From positions 1-64,000 of IMG/VR virus record IMGVR_UViG_3300032321_002024: a stretch of DNA of 64,000 bases, one strand, 5' to 3'. Below, piece after piece: positions 37,756-46,808 of this stretch (position 1 is the stretch's first letter; the number at the start of each line of letters is the position of its first letter). Below the pieces are notes generated by a model, which searched no databases, was not told the DNA's origin, and was given only the letters and a program-made list of their open reading frames with translations. The DNA comes from a virus (taxonomy: Duplodnaviria; Caudoviricetes). A program made the translations under genes and the position numbers.

Positions 37756-39396
37756 TTATTTTATATATTCACCGTAAGTTTTTTCAAAGTATTTCTTACC
37801 GGTAAATTTATTATTTGATTTCTCAATCATCCAATCATATGCGATTTTTGTATTTGATATATTAGATTTTTCTAATAATGATCTATTCCAAAATGATTCG
37901 TGTGTTTCATGATATGAAATATTTGGTGTCTCACAAACTCTACCTTGATCCTCAAATTTTTTTCTAAATGTTATATCTCCTTCTAAACTAACACCCATAG
38001 TTATTCTAAAAATCCAATCCCAAGTTGGTCTACCAATTGTTTGATTGTCTGGTAGATAATCTCTCCATTCTAACCACCATCTTTTAGTCACTGCGAAAAT
38101 ATCAGCTCCTTCAGGATTTCGACTTCCATTTGAAAATAATGATTTAGATACTTCTGATGGTGTTTTAATTTCTTCTAATTTACCAAAGTCTTTTCTAAAT
38201 GAAAAAGTACATTGATATCTTTTACAAGATTCTAATATCTTATTATAAGCATCCTCAGTTATACATATATCCGAGTTTGTATAAAGAATTATATCATCAT
38301 CACTTTTACAAAATTTATATCCCCATTCAAATATATCTTTTATTTTTGGTAATTCGTCATTATCATCATATACCATAGCAGGAATAACGTTTCCTGATTC
38401 ATAAAAACTCAACCATGTTTTTTGAGCAAACTCATTTCTTCTAATTGAATCATCATCTTTTGCTCTATAAATAGACGAAACATGAATTATAAAAACATCT
38501 TTTGATTTTTCATCAAAATTTAAATCAAAATTTAAATTATTACTTTCGTGTTTAATGTTATTCAATAGGTCAATTAGATTTTTCTCTTTGTATATAACTA
38601 TTTTCTTTATATTATTTAATATTTCAGTGAATAAATTATCAGTAATAAAATTTTCTGATGTTCTTCCATTCCAATTTTTTTTAACATCTCCTAAGTGAAT
38701 TATATCAACACTTATAGTTTGTTTTTTTGGAAAATAACTACTGAATTTCAAATCAGGATGACTTGAGTTTTCTAGTTCACTTGGATACCATTTTGATTCC
38801 ATTGTATTATTAAAGTTAAAAAGTTGAAAAAATCCATATCCGTTGTCTCTTTCATATTTTGGTAAATTATTTACCGGTGTTTCGCCTTTTTTCCATTTTT
38901 CATATTGAAAATGGTTATAACAGATCCATCTATCTGATGTGTATAATGTATCGGATTCTAAATTAGTTAGTTCAATTTTATTTGTCACAATTATATCAGC
39001 ATCTAATATTAATATAAATTCAGGGTTAGTAAGTGACTCGATGCCAACATTTATCGCCTTTCCTTTATTGAATTTAAAACCATCTTCATAAAAAACATCA
39101 GTTGTTATACATTTTACTCCATAACTTTTACAAATATTTTGACATATGATATCATCATTTGATGTAACTACTGTGATGTTCTCAAAATATTTTGTATTAT
39201 TTTCTAATGATAATATCAAAAAGTCATTATAGTTAACAGATGTTATTATAACATCTATTTTCTTTTTATCAATTGTTTGATTTATTGTCGCGTTTATAAT
39301 AGATTGTGTGGATCTTTTAATAACTTTAGGTTCAGGGGCCTTTGGTCTCCATTTTTCTTTGTTTTTGTGACCAAAGATAGTATTTGCCTTATTCAT
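37756..39396 (-). CDS. Two-domain glycosyltransferase (GT2 plus second GT-A-like domain)
   Basis: SVNYNDFL, FNKGKAIN, LDADI, GFFQLF; second domain YTNSDI, GADIF, GRPTWDW, HETH. Confidence 0.8.
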   Translation of the reverse strand: MNKANTIFGHKNKEKWRPKAPEPKVIKRSTQSIINATINQTIDKKKIDVIITSVNYNDFLILSLENNTKYFENITVVTSNDDIICQNICKSYGVKCITTDVFYEDGFKFNKGKAINVGIESLTNPEFILILDADIIVTNKIELTNLESDTLYTSDRWICYNHFQYEKWKKGETPVNNLPKYERDNGYGFFQLFNFNNTMESKWYPSELENSSHPDLKFSSYFPKKQTISVDIIHLGDVKKNWNGRTSENFITDNLFTEILNNIKKIVIYKEKNLIDLLNNIKHESNNLNFDLNFDEKSKDVFIIHVSSIYRAKDDDSIRRNEFAQKTWLSFYESGNVIPAMVYDDNDELPKIKDIFEWGYKFCKSDDDIILYTNSDICITEDAYNKILESCKRYQCTFSFRKDFGKLEEIKTPSEVSKSLFSNGSRNPEGADIFAVTKRWWLEWRDYLPDNQTIGRPTWDWIFRITMGVSLEGDITFRKKFEDQGRVCETPNISYHETHESFWNRSLLEKSNISNTKIAYDWMIEKSNNKFTGKKYFEKTYGEYIK

Positions 39397-39452
39397 TTTG
39401 AATTTATCAACTTTTTATATTGTATTTATATATAATCCTAAAACCTCTCTAA

Positions 39453-39851
39453 TTGAAAAAAATAGGTAGATCTGAAAAAATTGCATTTTCTTCTTTAAAT
39501 GAAGGACTAATCACTGCGAAAATTGATACCGGTGCTTTTAATGCTGCTCTTCATGTAGATGAAGTAAAGATTATAGAATCTGGATTACAAATTAGAATTA
39601 AAAACAATACTTATATTTTTCATAAATGGTCTGAAGTAGAAGTAAAAAGCTCAAATGGTAAGGTTCAAAAGAGATTTGGAGTTAATTTAAAAATTCAATT
39701 AGGTAAAAAGAAGTATAAAATATTTGTTTCTTTGACTAATAGAAAAAGTATGAAGTTTTCACTTCTAATTGGTAGAAGATTTTTACATTCTAATAATTTT
39801 TTGGTAGATGTAACTAAAAAGAATATTTATGATAGACCTAAAGAAATATAA
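39453..39851 (+). CDS. Retropepsin-like protease (RimK-associated 'ATP-dependent zinc protease' family)
   Basis: AKIDTGA...VKSSNG...R...SLTNRKSMKFSLLIGRRFL; TTG start. Confidence 0.8.
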   Translation: MKKIGRSEKIAFSSLNEGLITAKIDTGAFNAALHVDEVKIIESGLQIRIKNNTYIFHKWSEVEVKSSNGKVQKRFGVNLKIQLGKKKYKIFVSLTNRKSMKFSLLIGRRFLHSNNFLVDVTKKNIYDRPKEI

Positions 39852-40362
39852 TTATTTTACCGGTGATAAATCATCAGTAGCTTTTGGTGTCAGTGATATC
39901 GTTAAGTTTTTGGATTTAGCTGGTCACAACTATGTTCTTTTTACTCCACCAAAACCTACTGGTTCAAGTAAAGTTCACGATATTTGTTTGTATCATTATT
40001 TAGATAATAAAATAGAGTTTAATAATATTGATGAGTTTAAAGATAAAATTTTAGATAAATCTAATTTATTTAGAGTTGATTTAATAGTATTTGACTTTTG
40101 GAGTATAAAAAAAATGAATTGGTCTAATTACTTAAACGAAATTGTTAACCTTTCGCAGAATTTTATAATAGTTGCTAAAGAGTTTCAGTATAAAACAACA
40201 GATGATGTTAATGATTTTTTACTTCAAACAGAGTATAAAGAACTACACAAAACTGATAATTGGCTGACTGATAGAATTAATAAAAATACAGCAACAATTG
40301 ATTCACTTAAAAAAGCTTATATAAGAGATAAGAAATTAGAGCATTTATTTGGTGATGAGTAA
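39829..40362 (+). CDS. Hypothetical protein with C-terminal RDxKL motif
   Basis: Ends ...YIRDKKLEHLFGDE. Confidence 0.7.
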   Translation: MIDLKKYNYFTGDKSSVAFGVSDIVKFLDLAGHNYVLFTPPKPTGSSKVHDICLYHYLDNKIEFNNIDEFKDKILDKSNLFRVDLIVFDFWSIKKMNWSNYLNEIVNLSQNFIIVAKEFQYKTTDDVNDFLLQTEYKELHKTDNWLTDRINKNTATIDSLKKAYIRDKKLEHLFGDE

Positions 40363-40394
40363 AATATTTGTTAAATTTATTAAAATTTGTAAAA

Positions 40395-41468
40395 ATGAAT
40401 GTAAAAAAGAAGTTTCTAAAACTTACTTCAAAGACCTATCCACACGGAACAGAGGCACAATTAAAAAATCATTTACCTAACGGCTTTAAAGAAGATGGAT
40501 CTGGTAATTATTTTATTGAAATCGGTGTTAATCCTACTACTATGTTTACTAGCCACCTTGATACTGCAGACCGTAAACAAGAAAAAGTAAAACATGTAAT
40601 AGATGGTGATATCATTAGAACTGATGGAACATCAATTCTTGGAGCTGATGATAAAGCAGGTATGACGGTGATGCTTTATATGATAGAAAAGGAAATACCT
40701 GGGCTTTATTACTTTTTCATCGGTGAAGAAAGAGGATGTGTTGGTTCAAGTAGACTATCAAAAGTTTGGAATAGTAGACCAGAGTCGAGTTATATAACAA
40801 AATGTATATCATTTGACCGTAGAGGAACTGACTCAGTAATTACTGAACAGTTGTATGGTGTTTGTTGTTCTTTAGAATTTGCTAAAGATTTATCAAAAAG
40901 ATTAAATAATGTCGAAAAGTCTTTTAATTTTAAACCAGATCCAACTGGAATTTACACTGACTCTGCTCAATTCACTAGTTTAATTTCAGAATGTACTAAT
41001 ATTTCGGTAGGATACTACAATGAGCACTCTACTTCTGAAAGACAAGACATAAAACATTTAGAAAAACTTTGTGAAGCTGTGTGTAAAGTAGATTGGGAGG
41101 CTTTAAGTATCGTAAAAGAACCAGGTTATCATCACGATGATTTTCATGATGATGATGATGATGATTGGGAAACAGATCCAAATCAAAATTTCCAAACACA
41201 TAATTTCACTTGGGTTAGTTGGGAAGGTAAAACATCAAAAATGATGATTTCAGACCAACAAATTGAGGTTGAAAAAGAAACTATCGTAAATTGGATGACC
41301 TCTGGTGGTATGTCATATGAATATGCGGACTTTACTTGGGATGGTCAGAATCTACATGGAGCAAGTTGTTCAGGTGAGTATCACTTTATTGCAAGTCGTT
41401 CTGAGTTAATAGATTATATTGAAGATTTGAAACAAATTCCAGCAGACCACTTAAAGGGTTTTATTTAG
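40395..41468 (+). CDS. M20/M28-family zinc peptidase
   Basis: SHLDT, LGADDKAG, GEERG, SFDRRG, GYYNEH; likely ATG 40395. Confidence 0.85.
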   Translation: MNVKKKFLKLTSKTYPHGTEAQLKNHLPNGFKEDGSGNYFIEIGVNPTTMFTSHLDTADRKQEKVKHVIDGDIIRTDGTSILGADDKAGMTVMLYMIEKEIPGLYYFFIGEERGCVGSSRLSKVWNSRPESSYITKCISFDRRGTDSVITEQLYGVCCSLEFAKDLSKRLNNVEKSFNFKPDPTGIYTDSAQFTSLISECTNISVGYYNEHSTSERQDIKHLEKLCEAVCKVDWEALSIVKEPGYHHDDFHDDDDDDWETDPNQNFQTHNFTWVSWEGKTSKMMISDQQIEVEKETIVNWMTSGGMSYEYADFTWDGQNLHGASCSGEYHFIASRSELIDYIEDLKQIPADHLKGFI

Positions 41469-41616
41469 AATTTTTTACTTCTGGTTGATTTAGGATAAAA
41501 AGCATTTGACCGGTTGTTAATTCATTTATATTCCAACCTCTTTCTTTACAAATTTTAGTCATTATTCTTTCTTTGACTAAACTTTTTACTAATTTGTTAT
41601 CTTTTTTTGAACTCAT
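41461..41616 (-). CDS. Small hypothetical protein (51 aa), not in ORF track
   Basis: MSSKKDNKLVKSLVKERIMTKICKERGWNINELTTGQMLFILNQPEVKNSK; TAATATATAG immediately upstream. Confidence 0.65.
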   Translation of the reverse strand: MSSKKDNKLVKSLVKERIMTKICKERGWNINELTTGQMLFILNQPEVKNSK

Positions 41617-41640
41617 AAACTATATATTAAAAAAATTGCT

Positions 41641-41648
41641 TATCTTTG
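41641..41648 (+). promoter_or_regulatory. Bacteroidota-type TAnnTTTG promoter
   Basis: TATCTTTG four nt before ATG 41653. Confidence 0.5.
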
Positions 41649-41652
41649 CCTT

Positions 41653-42120
41653 ATGTTCGAGATAAAAGGTAAAATAGTATTTGATCCAATCAATGTGACT
41701 AAAAAACACAATGCTCAATCTACGTGGAAAAAAGTTGCTATTGTAAAATTTGATTGTGATATCTACGCCTACTACTCTTGGTTCTTACAAAAGAGATTTA
41801 ATTTGTTTTTGAATAAACCATTAAGAGGAACTCACTTAACTTTTATCAATGATATTGTCGATGATGATGTTTATCTCAAAGCAAGAGATTTATTTGATGG
41901 TAAGGAAATAACTGTAAACTATGATCCTTTTTTTATTAGATCTAATAAAAAAGGTCACTGGTGGTTGAGAGCTGAATCTTTAGATGCTCAGAACATTAGA
42001 ACCGTTATGGGTTTGGGAGATCCTTATTTTGGTTATCACATCACTGTTGGTTTGGCAACTCACTTACAATTAGAACACTCTAAATATATCACTGACCAGT
42101 GTATAAGATTTGACTTATAG
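41653..42120 (+). CDS. 2H phosphoesterase (LigT/Acb1-like)
   Basis: Two HxT motifs, GTHLTFI and GYHITVG, about 70 aa apart. Confidence 0.7.
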   Translation: MFEIKGKIVFDPINVTKKHNAQSTWKKVAIVKFDCDIYAYYSWFLQKRFNLFLNKPLRGTHLTFINDIVDDDVYLKARDLFDGKEITVNYDPFFIRSNKKGHWWLRAESLDAQNIRTVMGLGDPYFGYHITVGLATHLQLEHSKYITDQCIRFDL

Positions 42121-42136
42121 GTATCAAAAATAATTT

Positions 42137-42463
42137 TTATCTTTCCTTTTGAATGTCTTCTAAAACTTCTATGGTTAGATTAAGTTCTTCTATATCTTTA
42201 TCACACATTTCGTGGTATTTCTTTTTACCACATAATGACCAAAAAAAGAAATGAACAACAAGATATATCAAATAAACATTAAGAGTCGGTCCAATAAGTA
42301 AAGGAAAAATAAAAAAAGGAATTAAAGAGATTATCCAAAAAAATAACTCAGAGTAAAGTCCTCTTAAAAATTTATGACCTTTAATATATCTATTTAGACT
42401 TTTATCAGAATAGTTTTTAGTTTTTTCCGATTCTTCTTCTTTTATTTCGTGATAGTTTAACAT
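42137..42463 (-). CDS. Small membrane protein (2 TM)
   Basis: LFFWIISLIPFFIFPLLIGPTLNVYLIYLVVHFFFWSL. Confidence 0.65.
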   Translation of the reverse strand: MLNYHEIKEEESEKTKNYSDKSLNRYIKGHKFLRGLYSELFFWIISLIPFFIFPLLIGPTLNVYLIYLVVHFFFWSLCGKKKYHEMCDKDIEELNLTIEVLEDIQKER

Positions 42464-42530
42464 AAATTATTCATATTATTTATGTATATATGATAAACAT
42501 TTTCAATAGTTTACCGTAAAATTTTTACCA

Positions 42531-42884
42531 ATGAATGATTTTTTTGATAGTTTTAAGGGTAAACCTAAATATGACCATAAAGTCAGAGTAGTTCATTTTA
42601 AGAAAGAACACTTTGATATTTATATTGGTCGCCTTCCAAATGGTAAGTATAATAAATGGGCTTACCCTAAAGAATTGCGTGAGTCTTTTCCAGAGGGAAC
42701 TCCGCGAAAAATAATTGTAGATGCTTATGAAGAGTATTTACTCTCAAATAAAGAATTAATGAATGATTTACACGAACTAAAAGATAAAACACTTGGATGT
42801 TGGTGTAAAAATTTAGGAGGTGGTGGGAAATCTTGCCATGGTGACATTTTAGTTAAATGGGTTAAAAAGAAATGTAATGACTGA
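42531..42884 (+). CDS. DUF4326-family protein
   Basis: VVH...DIYIGR...KW...LKDKTLGCWC...CHGDIL. Confidence 0.8.
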   Translation: MNDFFDSFKGKPKYDHKVRVVHFKKEHFDIYIGRLPNGKYNKWAYPKELRESFPEGTPRKIIVDAYEEYLLSNKELMNDLHELKDKTLGCWCKNLGGGGKSCHGDILVKWVKKKCND

Positions 42885-43221
42885 TTTAGAATTATTAGAA
42901 TGTACTCAAAGTGTTTATGATCTTCTCATAGATGATAATGATATTAGATTGAATAAAAGTTTTAATTCATTTATGGAAAATCCTTCATTTAAGAAAATGA
43001 ATGATACTCTAACGAAATATGGTTTTGGAAATGAATGGAGTGAAAGAGCTGATATGGTTTTATTTACCCAATGTCTTAATGGCTTATATAAAATATATGA
43101 CCAAAATGATTTTAGAAAATTACTAAAATATACTCCAAAAGATTTCTTTTCATCAACAAAATCACATGATTTTTATAGAACAATTTTAAGAGAATTAAAA
43201 TTGAATCTATGCCTGAACTAG
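42877..43221 (+). CDS. Hypothetical protein with C-terminal RExKL motif
   Basis: Ends ...ILRELKLNLCLN. Confidence 0.65.
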   Translation: MTDLELLECTQSVYDLLIDDNDIRLNKSFNSFMENPSFKKMNDTLTKYGFGNEWSERADMVLFTQCLNGLYKIYDQNDFRKLLKYTPKDFFSSTKSHDFYRTILRELKLNLCLN

Positions 43222-44012
43222 CAGAATTAAAAATCATGGCTGATTATATTAATCAGAATGTAAAACAAAAGACTTTCAATAAATCATTTCATGTCCTAAA
43301 AGGTAATAACCCTGAACAATTTCAACTACTTAATGAATTCAAAGTTGATGCTGAATCTTTTGGTAAAGAGTTAATTATTAGATTTTATAATGGTTCTGAA
43401 ATTCATAAAATATCTGTTTTTATGGGTATGTCTGGTAATTGGAAGTGGATTCCAACTGGTGTTTGGAGTGATACTAAGTATGTTAGAATGAGATTAGACA
43501 CTACTGATGGATATTCACTACTTCTTTATGGTTCTTATATGGGACCAAAATATAGAATTGGTGGATTTACTGGTGTTAAAAGAGGTCCTGATCCTACTAA
43601 GGACTTTTCAGGTTTTTGTGAAAATATAAAGTCAAATCTTAGTAAAAAAACTTTTGATAAACCTATTTGTGAGGCTTTACTTGACCAAAAGTATTTTAAT
43701 GGAATTGGTAATTATCTCAGAAGTACCATTTTATACTATTTAGATGTTAATCCATTTGAAGATGCTCGGACTATTATTAAGTCATATCCTGAAATATTAG
43801 ATATGTGTAGAGATATTCCAATAAAAGCTTATCATTTAAACGGGGGTCAGTTGGCTGATTGGAAGAATCCATTTGATACTGATTATGAGGAGTTTCAAAA
43901 ATGGGTTTATTATAAAAAAGGATTATCTTGTAAAGATAATACTGGTAGAACATTTTGGTTTGATAAAAAATGGATGGATTTCTGTCCTTACAAAACTATT
44001 CTGAAAAAATAA
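43209..44012 (+). CDS. nei: Fpg/Nei-family DNA glycosylase (NEIL1-like)
   Basis: N-terminal MPELAE, GKEL, GMSG, RGPDP, LLDQKYFNGIGNYLR (H2TH), GRTFWF; no C4 zinc finger. Confidence 0.88.
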   Translation: MPELAELKIMADYINQNVKQKTFNKSFHVLKGNNPEQFQLLNEFKVDAESFGKELIIRFYNGSEIHKISVFMGMSGNWKWIPTGVWSDTKYVRMRLDTTDGYSLLLYGSYMGPKYRIGGFTGVKRGPDPTKDFSGFCENIKSNLSKKTFDKPICEALLDQKYFNGIGNYLRSTILYYLDVNPFEDARTIIKSYPEILDMCRDIPIKAYHLNGGQLADWKNPFDTDYEEFQKWVYYKKGLSCKDNTGRTFWFDKKWMDFCPYKTILKK

Positions 44013-44023
44013 ATAAAACTATT

Positions 44024-45100
44024 ATGAAGAATAATGTAGATAAACAGTATTTAAAATATTTAAAATACATACTAAATAATGGAGTTAAAAAAGTAGATAG
44101 AACCGGAACCGGAACTATATCAATTTTTGACTATTCTATGCGTTTTAATATGTCAGAAGGATTTCCACTTCTTACATCAAAAAAGGTTTTTACAAAAGCT
44201 GTAATTCACGAACTTATTTGGTTTTTAAAAGGTGATACTAATATTAAATATCTTGTTGATAATGGTGTTCATATCTGGGATGGTGATTCCTTCGCCAATT
44301 ATTTAAAGACTAGAGATAGGTTTTCTAATAAAGATAATGTAAAAGAAGATGTTGTCATTAATGGAATGAATGGTTCTTCTAATAGACCTTATACTCAAGA
44401 AGAATTCATTGACAAAATCAAAACTGATGATGAGTTTGCTAACAAGTGGGGTGAGTTAGGTCCAGTGTATGGAAAGCAATGGAGAAGTTGGAATAGTTCA
44501 GAAGCAGAATTTGAAGGATTGGCAGGTATAGATCAAATCCAAACCCTAATCAACGACCTTAAAACAAACCCAGATAGTAGACGATTAATGGTTAATGCTT
44601 GGAATGTAGGTGAATTAGACCAAATGGTTCTTCCACCTTGTCACTTTGGTTTTCAGTGCTATACGTCTGAATTAACAATTGAACAAAGAAAAAAATGGTG
44701 GTGTGATTACTTTGAAAAAGATATATCATATGCTGATGATATTAGTGAATCTGAATTAGATGAACAGTTAGTTCCTAAAAGAAAGTTAGATCTTAAATGG
44801 TTTCAAAGATCGGTGGATTCACCACTAGGTCTTCCTTTTAATATTGCGTCATATGCTATACTATTGCATCTTTTAGCAAAAGAAGTAAATATGGTTCCTA
44901 ATGATTTGATTTTCTCTGGTGGTGATTGTCATATCTATCTTAATCAAATCAAAGGAGTTAATGAGCAGTTAAAAAGAGAAACTTTTAAATTACCAAAGTT
45001 GAAACTACATAATAAATCAATTTTTGATTTAAAATACGAAGATTTTGAAATTATAGATTATAAATATTCACCAACTATTCAGTTTCCACTTTCGAACTAA
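44024..45100 (+). CDS. thyA: Thymidylate synthase
   Basis: DRTGTGT, GFPLLTSKK, ELIWF, GPVYGKQWR, LPPCH, QRSVD, GLPFNIASY, HIYLN; likely ATG 44024. Confidence 0.97.
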   Translation: MKNNVDKQYLKYLKYILNNGVKKVDRTGTGTISIFDYSMRFNMSEGFPLLTSKKVFTKAVIHELIWFLKGDTNIKYLVDNGVHIWDGDSFANYLKTRDRFSNKDNVKEDVVINGMNGSSNRPYTQEEFIDKIKTDDEFANKWGELGPVYGKQWRSWNSSEAEFEGLAGIDQIQTLINDLKTNPDSRRLMVNAWNVGELDQMVLPPCHFGFQCYTSELTIEQRKKWWCDYFEKDISYADDISESELDEQLVPKRKLDLKWFQRSVDSPLGLPFNIASYAILLHLLAKEVNMVPNDLIFSGGDCHIYLNQIKGVNEQLKRETFKLPKLKLHNKSIFDLKYEDFEIIDYKYSPTIQFPLSN

Positions 45101-45122
45101 AATAAAAAAAATAAAAATATAA

Positions 45123-45647
45123 ATGGATTTAGTAAAAACAGACTACCGAGAACAACTTCTTGAATCAATAAAAAAATTAGAAACAGAAGGTCTATCAGAT
45201 GAGATTGAGATTATCTCTAAGGTTGTTGAAGAACAAAAAGTATACTTTTGGATTAGATTGTATCTTAAAGAAGAAGACTTAAATATTCAAGTTGGTGATG
45301 ATATAGTAATTAGGTATCAACCTCGTTCAACTTTCATAGATGGTGTTAAGATATGGGAATCCGAACAAGTTGAAGAACTTGTGACAAAATTTGTTTGTTA
45401 TGGTAAGAAAGGTTTAGAGAAAGATCATGATAATGAAGTTGTTAATTATTCAAATGAAGATGATTCAAAAATATTGTGTCTTATGGTTGATGAAACTACT
45501 GTCAATTTTGGAGAAGGTATTGGATTTATCAGAACACTTTTCAAAACAGGAAGACACTATGAGTATCAGCTTGTTAGAAGAGATGAGTTACTTTTTATAA
45601 ACAAAAGAAATGGAGTTATTTTAGATTATTTTGATTGTGATTTTTAA
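45123..45647 (+). CDS. Hypothetical protein
   Basis: 174-aa ORF downstream of thyA. Confidence 0.75.
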   Translation: MDLVKTDYREQLLESIKKLETEGLSDEIEIISKVVEEQKVYFWIRLYLKEEDLNIQVGDDIVIRYQPRSTFIDGVKIWESEQVEELVTKFVCYGKKGLEKDHDNEVVNYSNEDDSKILCLMVDETTVNFGEGIGFIRTLFKTGRHYEYQLVRRDELLFINKRNGVILDYFDCDF

Positions 45648-45728
45648 TAAATTTTCTAAATTTTTTTAAAAAATTAAAAAAACGAGTTTTTATTATAAAT
45701 ATATACATTATAAAAAAATAAAAAAAAT

Positions 45729-46379
45729 ATGAAATACGTAAAAACATTCGAAAATTTTAATCCTTCTGTTAATGAAGGATGGTTATGGGGAGAAGGAAAC
45801 ATCTTTTCAAAAATTGGTAAGTGGTATTCTGGGTGGAAAAATAAAAAAGCTGTAGAAATGGCTGAGGCTACAAAAAAAATTATGGAAGATCCTGCTAATA
45901 AAGCTAAATTTGCTAAAGTAGAAGAAGAACTCGCGAAATTGCCAGAAGAAGATCTTAAAGAATTGAAACTTAAAATGGAAAATTTCAATCCAGACGTAGC
46001 TGCTGCTAATGCTCCAGAAGGAACTGAAGAAGAATTAAAAGAATTGATTCAAGATTCTGTAAATATTTCTAGAACAAAATATGGAACACCATTATACGAA
46101 TCTAGACTTATTGCAATAAATGAAAATGCTCAATCATTGGGACAAAGGATTTTGAAAGCTTTCGGATTAGCTGCTAAATATTTAGCAATAATACTTGCCA
46201 TAGTTATTGTTCTTGTAGCACTTGGAGCACTAATTAAAATTGCTGCAGGAGCAATAGCAACTGCAGTTGCTGTTGGTAGCGGAGTAAGCATATTCGTTGC
46301 TTGTTGGTCAGCAGCTGTTGCTACAGGATTGACAATTGGTGTTGGAAGAGTTGGATATGGTTTAGCAACTGGTAAATAA
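45729..46379 (+). CDS. Putative virion internal protein with C-terminal hydrophobic hairpin
   Basis: MKYVKTFENFNPSVNE; about 60-aa Ala/Val/Ile-rich C-terminus; no signal peptide. Confidence 0.75.
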   Translation: MKYVKTFENFNPSVNEGWLWGEGNIFSKIGKWYSGWKNKKAVEMAEATKKIMEDPANKAKFAKVEEELAKLPEEDLKELKLKMENFNPDVAAANAPEGTEEELKELIQDSVNISRTKYGTPLYESRLIAINENAQSLGQRILKAFGLAAKYLAIILAIVIVLVALGALIKIAAGAIATAVAVGSGVSIFVACWSAAVATGLTIGVGRVGYGLATGK

Positions 46380-46397
46380 TTAAAATTATTTTCGATA

Positions 46398-46435
46398 TAA
46401 AAAAATAGTAAGTGAATAACTTACTATTTTTTTTT
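46398..46435. terminator. Bidirectional intrinsic terminator
   Basis: AAAAAAATAGTAAGT-GAATA-ACTTACTATTTTTTTT. Confidence 0.75.
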
Positions 46436-46699
46436 GTCTAAATTTTCGAGTTGTTCTTTCATATAGTCGTCAGTAAGACCAGCTTTTTCTAACATAATTG
46501 GATTTACTTTAAAACAATAAGCTAAAATACCAAGTTTGAAAATTAGACCAAGTAATCCTGGTTGAAAAACCACATCAAAAATCCACCCTAACAATGGTGC
46601 AAATGATAGCAATTTGAGTGTTGAGAACACCAAAATAATAAAAAAGGAATGATGAATAAATTTGAAGTTTTTAAGGTAAAATTTTAGTAATGTTTTCAT
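46424..46699 (-). CDS. Small membrane protein (2 TM) under a host-type promoter
   Basis: Two hydrophobic stretches; TATATTTG on minus strand at 46718-46725. Confidence 0.65.
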   Translation of the reverse strand: MKTLLKFYLKNFKFIHHSFFIILVFSTLKLLSFAPLLGWIFDVVFQPGLLGLIFKLGILAYCFKVNPIMLEKAGLTDDYMKEQLENLDKKK

Positions 46700-46808
46700 A
46701 ATGTTTCTTTATATCTACAAATATAGTGAAACTATCTTAATAAAAAAAATATTTTTTAACTTTTTTTGAAAATGGTCTATAATATATGTAAAAATTAATA
46801 AAAATTAA

